In this document: positions 1 through 8,604 of the stretch, piece after piece | Position numbering within the stretch: position 1 is the first letter of the stretch | Layout: the number at the start of each line of letters is the position of its first letter | Origin: Candidatus Latescibacterota bacterium | Lineage (GTDB): Bacteria; Latescibacterota; UBA2968; GCA-2709665 | Direction of reading: 5' to 3' | NCBI GenBank assembly: GCA_965237675.1 | Contig: OZ250150.1 | Span: 3,136,001-3,200,000, forward strand | DNA: 64,000 nt | Notes under the pieces: model-generated | What the model was told of the DNA's origin: nothing | The model's database searches: none | The model's input: the letters and a program-made list of their open reading frames with translations, nothing else | Translations under genes and position numbers: made by a program

Positions 1-872
1 ATCATCTCTTCGGCGCGAATCCTGTTTTCGGCAAGAAGCCGGAGGGCCCGGTCGGACCCCAGCGAGCGTTTGCCGCCGTCCGAATAGCCGCCGATGACGC
101 GTCGACCCTGGATCTTCCCGGAGTCGAGGGGAAGCGGCTCGTCCTCATATAGGCCGATGACCTGGATGAGGCCCCTTCGTTTCACCATATCCTGCGCTTG
201 TGCGAACGCGGCCGCGCCCGCGCGCCCGCCAACGGCCTCAACCACGACGTCGGCGCCCGCGCCGTCCGTCAGCCGTCGGATCGCCCGCACGGGATCTTCG
301 CGGGATGCATCGACCACGTGGTCGGCCCCGAGGCGTTCGGCCAGATCGCACCTGAGGGGCAGCGCGTCGACCGCAATAACGCGGGGGTTCACGTCCGCGT
401 TGAGGGCCTGCATGCAGATGGAGCCCACCAGACCCTGGCCGAGAATGACGACCGTGTTTTCCTTGCGGGCGTCGATTTCCCACATCCAGAGAACGGAACT
501 GGTACCCAACGGCCAGAACGTCGCGGCTTCCGAGGAGACCGCGTCCGGAAGTTGCACAACCGGTTCTTTGTAGGGTGAGCCGACGACCTCGACAACCACG
601 TATTCTGCGTGAGGCGCCAGCGCGGCGACGCGGTCTCCCACGGAGTACCCGTCCACGCGAGCGCCCACCCCCACGACGTCTCCAACGAGAGAATAACCCA
701 TACGTTGGTGGTCGATGGCCTCCTCGCGGATGTACCGGCGCCAGATTTCCGAGCCCCGGCTGATCAGGCTGCATTCCGCCCGGATCAGGACCTGTGTGGC
801 GGTGATCTCAGGAATTGGAACGTCTTCGATGACAATATTGTACTCGCCTTCCGGCTTTGCAACGCGTTTCAT
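1..872 (-). CDS. MDR-family (zinc-binding alcohol dehydrogenase-like) oxidoreductase, 3' end runs off the window
   Basis: Hand translation from ATG at 872: MKRVAKPEGEYNIVIEDVPIPE..VLIRAECSLISRGSE..MGYSLVG..VGDRV..VVILGQGLVG (Rossmann GxGxxG)..GADVVVEAVG. Absent from the ORF track because there is no stop in the window. Confidence 0.85.
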   Translation of the reverse strand, partial: MKRVAKPEGEYNIVIEDVPIPEITATQVLIRAECSLISRGSEIWRRYIREEAIDHQRMGYSLVGDVVGVGARVDGYSVGDRVAALAPHAEYVVVEVVGSPYKEPVVQLPDAVSSEAATFWPLGTSSVLWMWEIDARKENTVVILGQGLVGSICMQALNADVNPRVIAVDALPLRCDLAERLGADHVVDASREDPVRAIRRLTDGAGADVVVEAVGGRAGAAAFAQAQDMVKRRGLIQVIGLYEDEPLPLDSGKIQGRRVIGGYSDGGKRSLGSDRALRLLAENRIRAEEM

Positions 873-984
873 GCTGGGCTTCCCGATTTTGAAATAGCGA
901 ACAAGGTGGATGCGAACGTCTTGCGGACGCACGGAGCGACGCGTTTGCGGCGGCCCTTTTGGGTGGACACTTCGGAACTGACGG

Positions 985-1722
985 CTATTCCACGGGTGTG
1001 AGGTCCTGAATGTCGCGGCGATAGACCCACGTGCCCGTTTTTACGTAGTGGGTCGCAAAGGCCAGCCGGGGTCTGCGATCGGAGCGGTTTGCATAGGATC
1101 CGTGGATGGTTCTACCGGTAAAGAAGACACCGGACCCTCGCGGCACCGTAAGGTAAGTGAGTTCATCCGGGTGGACGTCTGCGACTTCGTGCGAGTGCAT
1201 GGTTTCCGACCATTCCCTTCCGTCAGGGCCGCGCATGGCATAATCCTTCACCCAGGAGGCGTGTTCACTGCTGTCTTTCGGGGGTCGGGTCTTTCGGAGC
1301 GGCGCCAGGTGGCTGCCCGCCGCGACGCAGAGACCGCCGTTGTTTCTGTCGGTGTCGCTCAGCGCGAGCCAGCATGCCATGAGGGTGCCCGGTTCGTTGC
1401 GGATATAGTGAGCGTCCTGGTGCAGCGCGATGCCGGCGCCGCCTCTCGGCGCTTTTGCCATGTACATGGTCTGAACGATCGTCGGGGGCCCGCCCAGCAG
1501 TTGGGCCGCGCTGCCCGCGACGCGAGGGTGCGACGCCAGAAAACGCCACTGCGGGTCCGCGGTGTGCCTGCGCAGGCCGAGTTCCAGGATTTCGGGAGGT
1601 TTCGTGGCAGCCTCGCATTCCAGAAAGGCGTCGATTTCAGGCCGGGTCAATAGATCCGGAACCTGGACGAAACCGTTTGCCCGATACGCCTCCACCTGTT
1701 CGGGTGTCAGGGAAAACCTCAT
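985..1722 (-). CDS. Phytanoyl-CoA dioxygenase (PhyH) family Fe(II)/2-oxoglutarate oxygenase
   Basis: MRFSLTPEQVEAYRANGF start, LHQD (HxD), WLALSD..NGGL, distal IHGS and terminal RLA. Start trimmed from ORF 985..2028. Confidence 0.9.
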   Translation of the reverse strand: MRFSLTPEQVEAYRANGFVQVPDLLTRPEIDAFLECEAATKPPEILELGLRRHTADPQWRFLASHPRVAGSAAQLLGGPPTIVQTMYMAKAPRGGAGIALHQDAHYIRNEPGTLMACWLALSDTDRNNGGLCVAAGSHLAPLRKTRPPKDSSEHASWVKDYAMRGPDGREWSETMHSHEVADVHPDELTYLTVPRGSGVFFTGRTIHGSYANRSDRRPRLAFATHYVKTGTWVYRRDIQDLTPVE

Positions 1723-1735
1723 TGCGGCTTCCGCT

Positions 1736-2680
1736 TCAAGTGAGGTCGAATGGATTGGACCAGGCTTTCGTGCCGTCCGCTCCGAAGACCTCGAAACGGA
1801 CCCGGCGCGCGCCGGGACGCAGGGTGAAGGTGGCCCTCGTAAAGGGTTTCCCGGAATCTCTGTATTCGGTACCGAAGGTGTCGCAAATGGCGAAGATACA
1901 CCGGGATTCGGAGCATTCAACGGTGGCTTCCACCGCCATCCGCTCCCCGTCGGTCTTGCGGAGGCTGATGTTGTGAATTTCAGCGCCCGTGCTCGAATAG
2001 CTCGCACCCTGTTCCAGTGCGTTGACAATGGCCCGCGGGGACCGGTCTCTCACCCGTGCCATCGTCCAGCCCTGGTAAGTGTCCCGGTCATCGGACTCGA
2101 GGGCGTGAGAATCGTCGTTGGCCAGGGCGGGATACAGCCTGTTTCCGAGGTCCATCCAATCGTCCCAATGAACGCCGGATTCGCCCCGTCCCGCGCAGCG
2201 GCAGGTTGTGTTGAACACTTCCACGCCGGCCATTCCCGTAAGGGGCGCGGTGTCACGCAGGATGTTGACCGAGCTCCAGTAAGGGTGGGCCAGCCAGGTG
2301 ACGCCGCCCTGGTCCCGGACGGCGTCGATGACGTGCTGAGGCGGCATGTTCTCCGAGTCGATATCTTCGTGGATGTTCAAGCAGAGAAAATGGTGCTTCT
2401 GGCCGCCGAAGGGGTTGTCGGGATGCAGCTCGGCGCCCTGGATGAGCACAAAGTCATCCGGACAATCCACGGATTCGACCCGGGTGATTCTGCGGTGGTC
2501 CGAAAGGCAAAGGTAGTCGTATCCCTGGTTGACATAACCGTCGAGGCGTTCCTGTGGAGACGCTTTGCCATCGGAATTCGTCGTGTGGGAGTGGAGGTTG
2601 CCTTTCAGCCACACGTAACCGTCTTCGGATTTGAGGGTGAAGGGATTGACCACGTTGTGCCTCGGTGTGTTTTCAGCCAT
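1736..2680 (-). CDS. PHP-domain (CehA/McbA-like) metallohydrolase
   Basis: GNLHSHTTNSDG, LSDH, AHP, and DDSH metal-binding motifs of PHP hydrolases. Confidence 0.85.
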   Translation of the reverse strand: MAENTPRHNVVNPFTLKSEDGYVWLKGNLHSHTTNSDGKASPQERLDGYVNQGYDYLCLSDHRRITRVESVDCPDDFVLIQGAELHPDNPFGGQKHHFLCLNIHEDIDSENMPPQHVIDAVRDQGGVTWLAHPYWSSVNILRDTAPLTGMAGVEVFNTTCRCAGRGESGVHWDDWMDLGNRLYPALANDDSHALESDDRDTYQGWTMARVRDRSPRAIVNALEQGASYSSTGAEIHNISLRKTDGERMAVEATVECSESRCIFAICDTFGTEYRDSGKPFTRATFTLRPGARRVRFEVFGADGTKAWSNPFDLT

Positions 2681-2744
2681 TGAATTTCTCCGGAAAAAAG
2701 CCGAACGATAGGATCGATACCGGCGCGGCGCTTGCGGGATCCTG

Positions 2745-3914
2745 TCAGGGCCTGCCGACAATGGACGGCAGGTTGGTTACGGGGCAGGCTCTCGGCCCCT
2801 TGACGGCATATCCCATGTCTTTTAGGATACAGCTGATCTGCGCTTCAAGCTTGAGCAGATATTCCTTCTCCTCGTTGCTCATGGCCTGGCGTGGCGGGCC
2901 GACGTCGAAACCCCGCACGGCCACGCCGGTTTTAAAGCCTTCCGGGAAGTTCACGCCCAGCAGCATGAGGTTGATGAGATCCAGAATGCGGTATTGCATG
3001 TTGCGTGCGTTTTCGAGATCGCCCGCCAGGGTTTTTTCGTAGATGTCCACGATGACTTCGGGAACGATGCCGGATGTCGCGATCGTGCCGCCGCTGGCGC
3101 CCATCATGATGGAGGGACAGAGGATTTCTTCACAACCCACAAGGACCACGTAGTCCGGGCGCTGTGCGCGAAGCCGGTGCATGGTGTTGATCAGCCGCGG
3201 CATGTCCCGGCTGGAGTCTTTGGTACCCATAATGCGTTCGAACGGCAGCAACCGTTCCATGATGTCCAGCGTGAGTTCCTGCGTGAACTGGGGGATATTG
3301 TAGAGGAGAACGTCGAGAGGCGTCTGTCTGGCGATTTCGGCGAAGTATTCGAAGAGACTCGTGTCGGAAATTTCGTAATAATAGGGGGGTACAAGAGAGA
3401 TGACGTCGACGTCGATGCCGGCGTAGTATTCGCTCATATTGAGCACGTCGCGGAGGTTTGCTTCACTCGCGCCGGCCAGAACCGGCACCCGCCCCTGGTT
3501 GACGTTTGTGACAACGCGCACCACTTCTTTGCGCTCGTCTCTGGACAGGCGCACGAATTCGCCCGTGCTGCCATTGGGATATAACCCGTGGATGCCGGCC
3601 TCGATGAGCCAGTTGACGTAACGCTCCATTTCCCCGTAGTTGATGCGATCGTTGCGGTCGAAGATGACGATGTTGGGACAGAAGATGCCTTTGAATTCCT
3701 TTTTTGCGGCAGGGTTGCGATGCCGGGACGGCACCGAAGTCCGCGAACCGGCGGGCGCGGCGTCTTTCCTTGTCACCTCCACGCGGTTGGCCGCCAGGTA
3801 GTCCAGCGCCAGCGGCGTCAGCTTTGCCCGCGGGCAGATTTCGACCTCACGCTGCGTGCCAAGTTTCTCCTTGAGTAGCTGTTCGGTAACAACCGGATCG
3901 TCAATACGGATCAT
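2745..3914 (-). CDS. DapA/NanA-family class I aldolase with a ~65-aa N-terminal extension (BMC-associated)
   Basis: GLYPNGSTGEF, LYNIP and Schiff-base GTKDSS motifs. N-terminal VVTEQLL..KLTPLALDYL module. Confidence 0.88.
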   Translation of the reverse strand: MIRIDDPVVTEQLLKEKLGTQREVEICPRAKLTPLALDYLAANRVEVTRKDAAPAGSRTSVPSRHRNPAAKKEFKGIFCPNIVIFDRNDRINYGEMERYVNWLIEAGIHGLYPNGSTGEFVRLSRDERKEVVRVVTNVNQGRVPVLAGASEANLRDVLNMSEYYAGIDVDVISLVPPYYYEISDTSLFEYFAEIARQTPLDVLLYNIPQFTQELTLDIMERLLPFERIMGTKDSSRDMPRLINTMHRLRAQRPDYVVLVGCEEILCPSIMMGASGGTIATSGIVPEVIVDIYEKTLAGDLENARNMQYRILDLINLMLLGVNFPEGFKTGVAVRGFDVGPPRQAMSNEEKEYLLKLEAQISCILKDMGYAVKGPRACPVTNLPSIVGRP

Positions 3915-3954
3915 TGATTTCCTCGGGAGCGGGACAGAGACATCCGGCGGCCGG

Positions 3955-5115
3955 TCAGTGAATCAAGCGTTCTTCCAGGGCACGAAAGGGATGGGGGATG
4001 AGATGGGCGGACACCAGTTCTCCATATTTCTCGGCTTCCGTGGCGCCGACTCTCAGCGCCGTGCGCACCGCGCCGACGTCTCCCCGGACAACGCTTGCAG
4101 TGAGAAAGTAACCCACCTTGTACCGTCCCTCGTATTCCACGTCTGCGGATTTCAGCATCTGATCCACCGCCTTGACCAGGGCGACGGTGCTGCGCGTTTC
4201 GATCAGCCCCATCGCCTGATTCCGGCTCACGGGTCTCCTGGCGTCGCCGCAGCCAAAACAGGCCAGAATTTCGGACGATGGACGGGAAACGACGCAGGAT
4301 GCATTCAGTTCCCCGGCCTCCCGGGCGCCGTCGACGCCGGCATGGACGGCCGCCTGAACCGCGTCCAGGGTGCCCTTGACGAGCGCGTCTACTCGACCTC
4401 CGCTGGCGATTACGAGGCGCACGAGGTCCACGTCGACCGCTTTGACCATCGCGTCGCAACCGCCGACTGCGGACGCATAACCCGTCGTTTCCAGTATGCC
4501 CAGCGCGCCGACGTCGGTCTCGGGCGCGTTCGTTATCGGTGTGAAGGGAAGCAGGAGAGCGACGCCCGCTTCGGGGCTCGGAATGTCCAGGGCGGCGAAA
4601 ACTTCTCCAACCTCACTCGCACACGCTTTGCCGGCCTGCACCGCGGTCCGGACCGACGATATATCGCCCCTTACCACAAGATGAACCAGAGCGCCGCCGA
4701 TGGATGTCCAGCCGGCAACCTGGACGGGCGCGCTTTTGATCATGGCGTCCGCGCCGCGGATGAGGGGTACCATGCCGCGGGTTTCCAGAATCCCCAACGC
4801 CAGGGGTCCGACGGGCCTTGTCGAGGGTGCGGCCATCCTGTGTGGCATGGGTTCCAGGGCGCGTACATCAGGACCCGGGATGACATCGGCGGTAACCAGT
4901 TCGCCGTGGTTTTCGGCCTCGGTTCTCCCTATTCGGACCGCGGCCTCTACATCCGAAACGGCGCCTTCAACGACGACGGTTACCCAACCGGAACCGACGC
5001 CGTGTCGTCCGAGAACCCTCACGTCCACGGTCTTCAGCATGGCGTCCAGGGCCGCGATGAGCGCGGCCATGCCGCGGGTTTCCAGAATCCCCATGGCATG
5101 ATTTCGTGCGTTCAC
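3955..5115 (-). CDS. Bacterial microcompartment shell protein with four tandem BMC domains
   Basis: Four repeats of A[ML]G[IL][LI]ET..D.M.K...V...G.v..V..A (AMGILETRG/DAMLKT, ALGILETRG/DAMIKS, ALGILETTG/DAMVKA, AMGLIETRS/DQMLKS), each ~95 aa. Confidence 0.92.
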   Translation of the reverse strand: MNARNHAMGILETRGMAALIAALDAMLKTVDVRVLGRHGVGSGWVTVVVEGAVSDVEAAVRIGRTEAENHGELVTADVIPGPDVRALEPMPHRMAAPSTRPVGPLALGILETRGMVPLIRGADAMIKSAPVQVAGWTSIGGALVHLVVRGDISSVRTAVQAGKACASEVGEVFAALDIPSPEAGVALLLPFTPITNAPETDVGALGILETTGYASAVGGCDAMVKAVDVDLVRLVIASGGRVDALVKGTLDAVQAAVHAGVDGAREAGELNASCVVSRPSSEILACFGCGDARRPVSRNQAMGLIETRSTVALVKAVDQMLKSADVEYEGRYKVGYFLTASVVRGDVGAVRTALRVGATEAEKYGELVSAHLIPHPFRALEERLIH

Positions 5116-5124
5116 GGCAGCCGC

Positions 5125-5682
5125 TCAGGGGCCGAATGCCCGGAGGACTTCGGGCAAGGGTTGAGGGATCAGTGCGTCACAGAGGAAGTTTTCCCCGGAT
5201 TCAACGCACGCGCGACCGACGGGCAGGGCTTCGCTCACGGAGGCCACGTCCCCCAGAATAAGGGAGCAGACCACCCGGTTGTGCACGGTGAGCACGTTAT
5301 AGACCCGGACGTCGGCGGCCTTGACCATGCGGTCGTTGGCGGTGACGTGCACGCCGTATCCCCTGGTTTCGATCAGACCCAATGCGCCGGACGGTGTACG
5401 CCGTTCCGGGGCGCCGGGAATCGAGACGTATTCCCGGCAAACGGGTTCGGGTTGTGTCATCGGCGCCGCTACCACGTGGCTCACGACCTCTCTGGCCGCC
5501 TTTTCGCCGCTCTTCAGCGCCGTTGCGACTCTGCTTATGGATCCACCCAAGAAAACGGTGGTGAATCCGCCGATGGATTCCCAACCCAAAAGGTCCACGC
5601 CGGCGGTTTTACAGGCGGCATCCGACGCGAGAATAATGCCGGCGACGCCTTCGACTTCGATCATGCCGATTGCGGCTGACAT
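5125..5682 (-). CDS. Bacterial microcompartment shell protein with two tandem BMC domains
   Basis: AIGMIEVEG/DAACKTA and ALGLIETRG/DRMVKAADV repeats; 185 aa. Confidence 0.92.
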   Translation of the reverse strand: MSAAIGMIEVEGVAGIILASDAACKTAGVDLLGWESIGGFTTVFLGGSISRVATALKSGEKAAREVVSHVVAAPMTQPEPVCREYVSIPGAPERRTPSGALGLIETRGYGVHVTANDRMVKAADVRVYNVLTVHNRVVCSLILGDVASVSEALPVGRACVESGENFLCDALIPQPLPEVLRAFGP

Positions 5683-5738
5683 GCTTCCGTCCAGGTGTCG
5701 TTATGTCGTACGGTTTGGTCGATATCACTCAACCCGAA

Positions 5739-5767
5739 AAAATAGATACGGGCCGAACCAAAGTCAA
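5739..5767 (-). promoter_or_regulatory. Putative sigma70 promoter of the BMC operon
   Basis: Minus strand TTGACT-17 nt-TATTTT, ~55 nt upstream of the 5682 start. Confidence 0.5.
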
Positions 5768-6056
5768 GGGTTATCGACCCCAAGAGACGGGGTTACAACC
5801 TGAGTCGGGCGCGCTATGACCGTTACGTGACGAGACCTCCGCGTTCATACTCGAAAAGCGATGAATTCCCGCTGAAAAGTCGTTTGACAACCGCGGTGAG
5901 TCACGAGTACGGACTCCGGCCGGTGGTACGGCGGTTCGATCTTCCGGAGTGCCAGGGATGAGGAATTCGGTGGGCGGACGATACTGGATTGGCAGGAGAC
6001 ACGGAGGCGGCCGGGGTGCCGGGAAACGACGCTCCTCTATGTGCCCATGTCGGGGC

Positions 6057-8477
6057 TTAGAACAGCAGTACCGAGACCGCTTTCTGGATCATGGCAATGG
6101 AGACGGAGGCCATGCCCACCAGGGACATGCCCACCGAAAACCCGACGTATAGCACCGCGGCATAGAGGCGCCACTGCTGTTTGCCGAAGCGTTTCCAGAA
6201 ATAGAACCGCGCCAGGAGTGCGCCGATGATTTCGGTGATGAGGAGGTGCGGAATGCTGGTCAGGCTCCGTATGTACCCGAAAATGAGCAGTATCGGCAGG
6301 CCGAAGACGGACAGAACCACGAACGAGACCAGGCCGGCGGCGAGTCCGATGAAGATAACCTCTTTCTTGAGGGCCTCGAACAGGATCGGCACGTCGTCCG
6401 AACTCTGAAGGAACGAACCATCGAAGGAGGGTACCTGATCCACTTCGAACTGGTACACCAGTTCCCGCCCCTGAGGGTCCCGGGCTTCGAGAACGACCAG
6501 GTTGGGGTTGGGGTTGTCCGCGTGGCTTTCGTCTGACGGACTTCGCAACACGGGCGCCGAAGGCAGCCCATATAGAAGGGCATCGGAAATGTCCGGTTCC
6601 GCGCGGTCCACCGGGAGCGGTGGCGTGAGCGGACGTTCGAAATCGTTGAAGTTCGTATAAAAGTACCCGACCCGGGACCATGGTCCGTAGGCGCGTTGTT
6701 CGTGATCTTCAATGTCGACGTTGGCCGAGGCGCGTGCGCGCCAGTACCACCAGCTGCCGTCGGGCAGATTGCTGGGCTGGAAGGACACCGTTCCGGAGGA
6801 CACATCCGTTTCCACTTCGCCCTGCATGGTGCCGGTGTACCAGACGCTGCTCTGCAGCGCCCGAAGCGGCCACATCAGCTGTACGTACGGGTAGGCGGCC
6901 GAGGGAATGGGCGCCAGCTTCCAGATGTAGGACCAGTACATGAAGCTGGTAATAAAAATGAGGGGAACCATGAAAATCTCGGCTTTCACGATCCCCGTAA
7001 ATTTCGTGCCCGTGAGTTCGATCTGCCGGAAACGCTCGGCTTCCGCCCCCCAGTTTGCCAGCGGGAAGGGCACAAACCAGATTTCGATGCCCTTGAACCC
7101 GCTCAGAAAGATGGTGGCTTCCTTGATATACGGGATATTGACGTTCTGTCCGACCAGGCCGTCGAGCCGGGCGTTGACAAAGGAGATCAGCGGGGTGTAG
7201 ACAAAAGCGAAGATGAAAAAGAAGGTGAGCAGAACTTTTCCAACCAGGGCGGGAAAGAGAATCTTGGCCAGGATGATGGTGTACATGCTGGCAAGACAGA
7301 AAAGCACGATGCAGATCCAGATACGGAAGTCGCCCCGTCCGGGCGGCGGGGTCCAGCTTCCCGTTTCTTTCTTTTCCAGACGGGCGGTGCGAACCCCGGT
7401 CCAGACCTGGTAGAACCCGATAATTGCGATGGCAACGGTGATGCCGATGCCGAAGCTCATCCAGAAGTCGATGCCGGTGACAAAGTGGGTCATGATGGTA
7501 TCCATGCCCATGAACCAGTGGGGCATGTAACCGTGCCGGTACAGAATGGGGCTGGCCACGGTGTGGATGACGACGCCGATGAACGCGCCCATAACGGCCC
7601 AGAAGGGGGCCAGGAGCCCGGCGAAGATGGGCGCCAGGTGGAGCGTGAATCCCAGCGGCGTGGCCTCCAGGAAATAACCCGTGTACTGGGTGAAATCCAC
7701 CCATGGAATGGGGATGAGTTGAAGCGGATTTTCCATAAACGCGCCGGTAATGGCGGGCACGGCCACGTAAATGGCCCCCCATACCACACCGATGACGGCG
7801 CCGATACTGAAGACGCGCCACTTCCATGTGTATTGCCCGCTGCTCTCTTCCGCAAGCGCCATGGCGGCCTGGGCGTTGATGGGGGCGAACGGAAAGGGCA
7901 GGCGTTCGTAGTCCGAGGTAATGCGGAAGAGCACGTAACTGGCGGTGAACCACTGGATGCGGACCATGATTGTCCCCAGGACGAGCAGGGAGATGGGCAG
8001 GAGCCAGTCCGCGTGGAGAAAGGTGCGGTCGATCAGGGCGGGGGAGTCGGGCGGGGGCGCCCACCAGCGGGGGATGAGGTGCGAGATGCCGAACTGTTTG
8101 GCGGCGGGTGACTGAACATAGTACTGGTGCCAGAGCAGGCCCTCGAATGCGCCGGTTTCGCGGGCAACCAGGGCGCTGGTGACATAAAAGAGAAGATAGA
8201 GTTCCTGCTTTTTCAGCACGGTGAACGAGCGCTTGGCCAGTTCCAGAAACAGGATGATGGTCACCCACTGGGCAGCGGCGCCCACGGTTTGACCCACCAT
8301 AAGTTCCAGGTAGATGTTCCCCGGAACCATAATAATGGAGACGAAGAGCGCGCCGAGAACGGTCTTGGAGTTGAAGCCCTCTTCGAATTCCTTGGGGACT
8401 TCAAGCAGATCCCGGTATTCTTCGATTTCCTCGTACGGATTGGTTTTGCGCCTGCGAAAGAGGTTCGATAACGCCAT
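6057..8477 (-). CDS. OPT-like multipass membrane transporter with an inserted soluble Fn3/Ig-like domain
   Basis: Many hydrophobic helices, YERLPFP motif, and a hydrophilic ~140-aa insert (6400-6820). Start at MALSNLF (8477) inferred. Confidence 0.75.
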   Translation of the reverse strand: MALSNLFRRRKTNPYEEIEEYRDLLEVPKEFEEGFNSKTVLGALFVSIIMVPGNIYLELMVGQTVGAAAQWVTIILFLELAKRSFTVLKKQELYLLFYVTSALVARETGAFEGLLWHQYYVQSPAAKQFGISHLIPRWWAPPPDSPALIDRTFLHADWLLPISLLVLGTIMVRIQWFTASYVLFRITSDYERLPFPFAPINAQAAMALAEESSGQYTWKWRVFSIGAVIGVVWGAIYVAVPAITGAFMENPLQLIPIPWVDFTQYTGYFLEATPLGFTLHLAPIFAGLLAPFWAVMGAFIGVVIHTVASPILYRHGYMPHWFMGMDTIMTHFVTGIDFWMSFGIGITVAIAIIGFYQVWTGVRTARLEKKETGSWTPPPGRGDFRIWICIVLFCLASMYTIILAKILFPALVGKVLLTFFFIFAFVYTPLISFVNARLDGLVGQNVNIPYIKEATIFLSGFKGIEIWFVPFPLANWGAEAERFRQIELTGTKFTGIVKAEIFMVPLIFITSFMYWSYIWKLAPIPSAAYPYVQLMWPLRALQSSVWYTGTMQGEVETDVSSGTVSFQPSNLPDGSWWYWRARASANVDIEDHEQRAYGPWSRVGYFYTNFNDFERPLTPPLPVDRAEPDISDALLYGLPSAPVLRSPSDESHADNPNPNLVVLEARDPQGRELVYQFEVDQVPSFDGSFLQSSDDVPILFEALKKEVIFIGLAAGLVSFVVLSVFGLPILLIFGYIRSLTSIPHLLITEIIGALLARFYFWKRFGKQQWRLYAAVLYVGFSVGMSLVGMASVSIAMIQKAVSVLLF

Positions 8478-8513
8478 AGAACTCAATCGAGATTTGAGGG
8501 TTGACGGGCCGAA

Positions 8514-8541
8514 ATTATACACACAATGGCCCGATTTGCAA
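8514..8541 (-). promoter_or_regulatory. Putative sigma70 promoter of the OPT-like gene
   Basis: Minus strand TTGCAA-16 nt-TATAAT, ~37 nt upstream of the ATG. Confidence 0.45.
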
Positions 8542-8604
8542 AGAGAATTTCAGATTTGTGCATTCGGAAGACCCGAATACGCGCGATACACGGCGGGTCT
8601 TTTT

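Noticed and set aside
94-1001. Short ORFs listed in the track at the left edge
   Set aside because: The real gene is the minus-strand MDR dehydrogenase starting at 872, which has no stop inside the window.
3856-5679. 607-aa plus-strand ORF
   Set aside because: Antisense shadow of the BMC genes; no motifs; long shadow ORFs are expected in GC-rich DNA.
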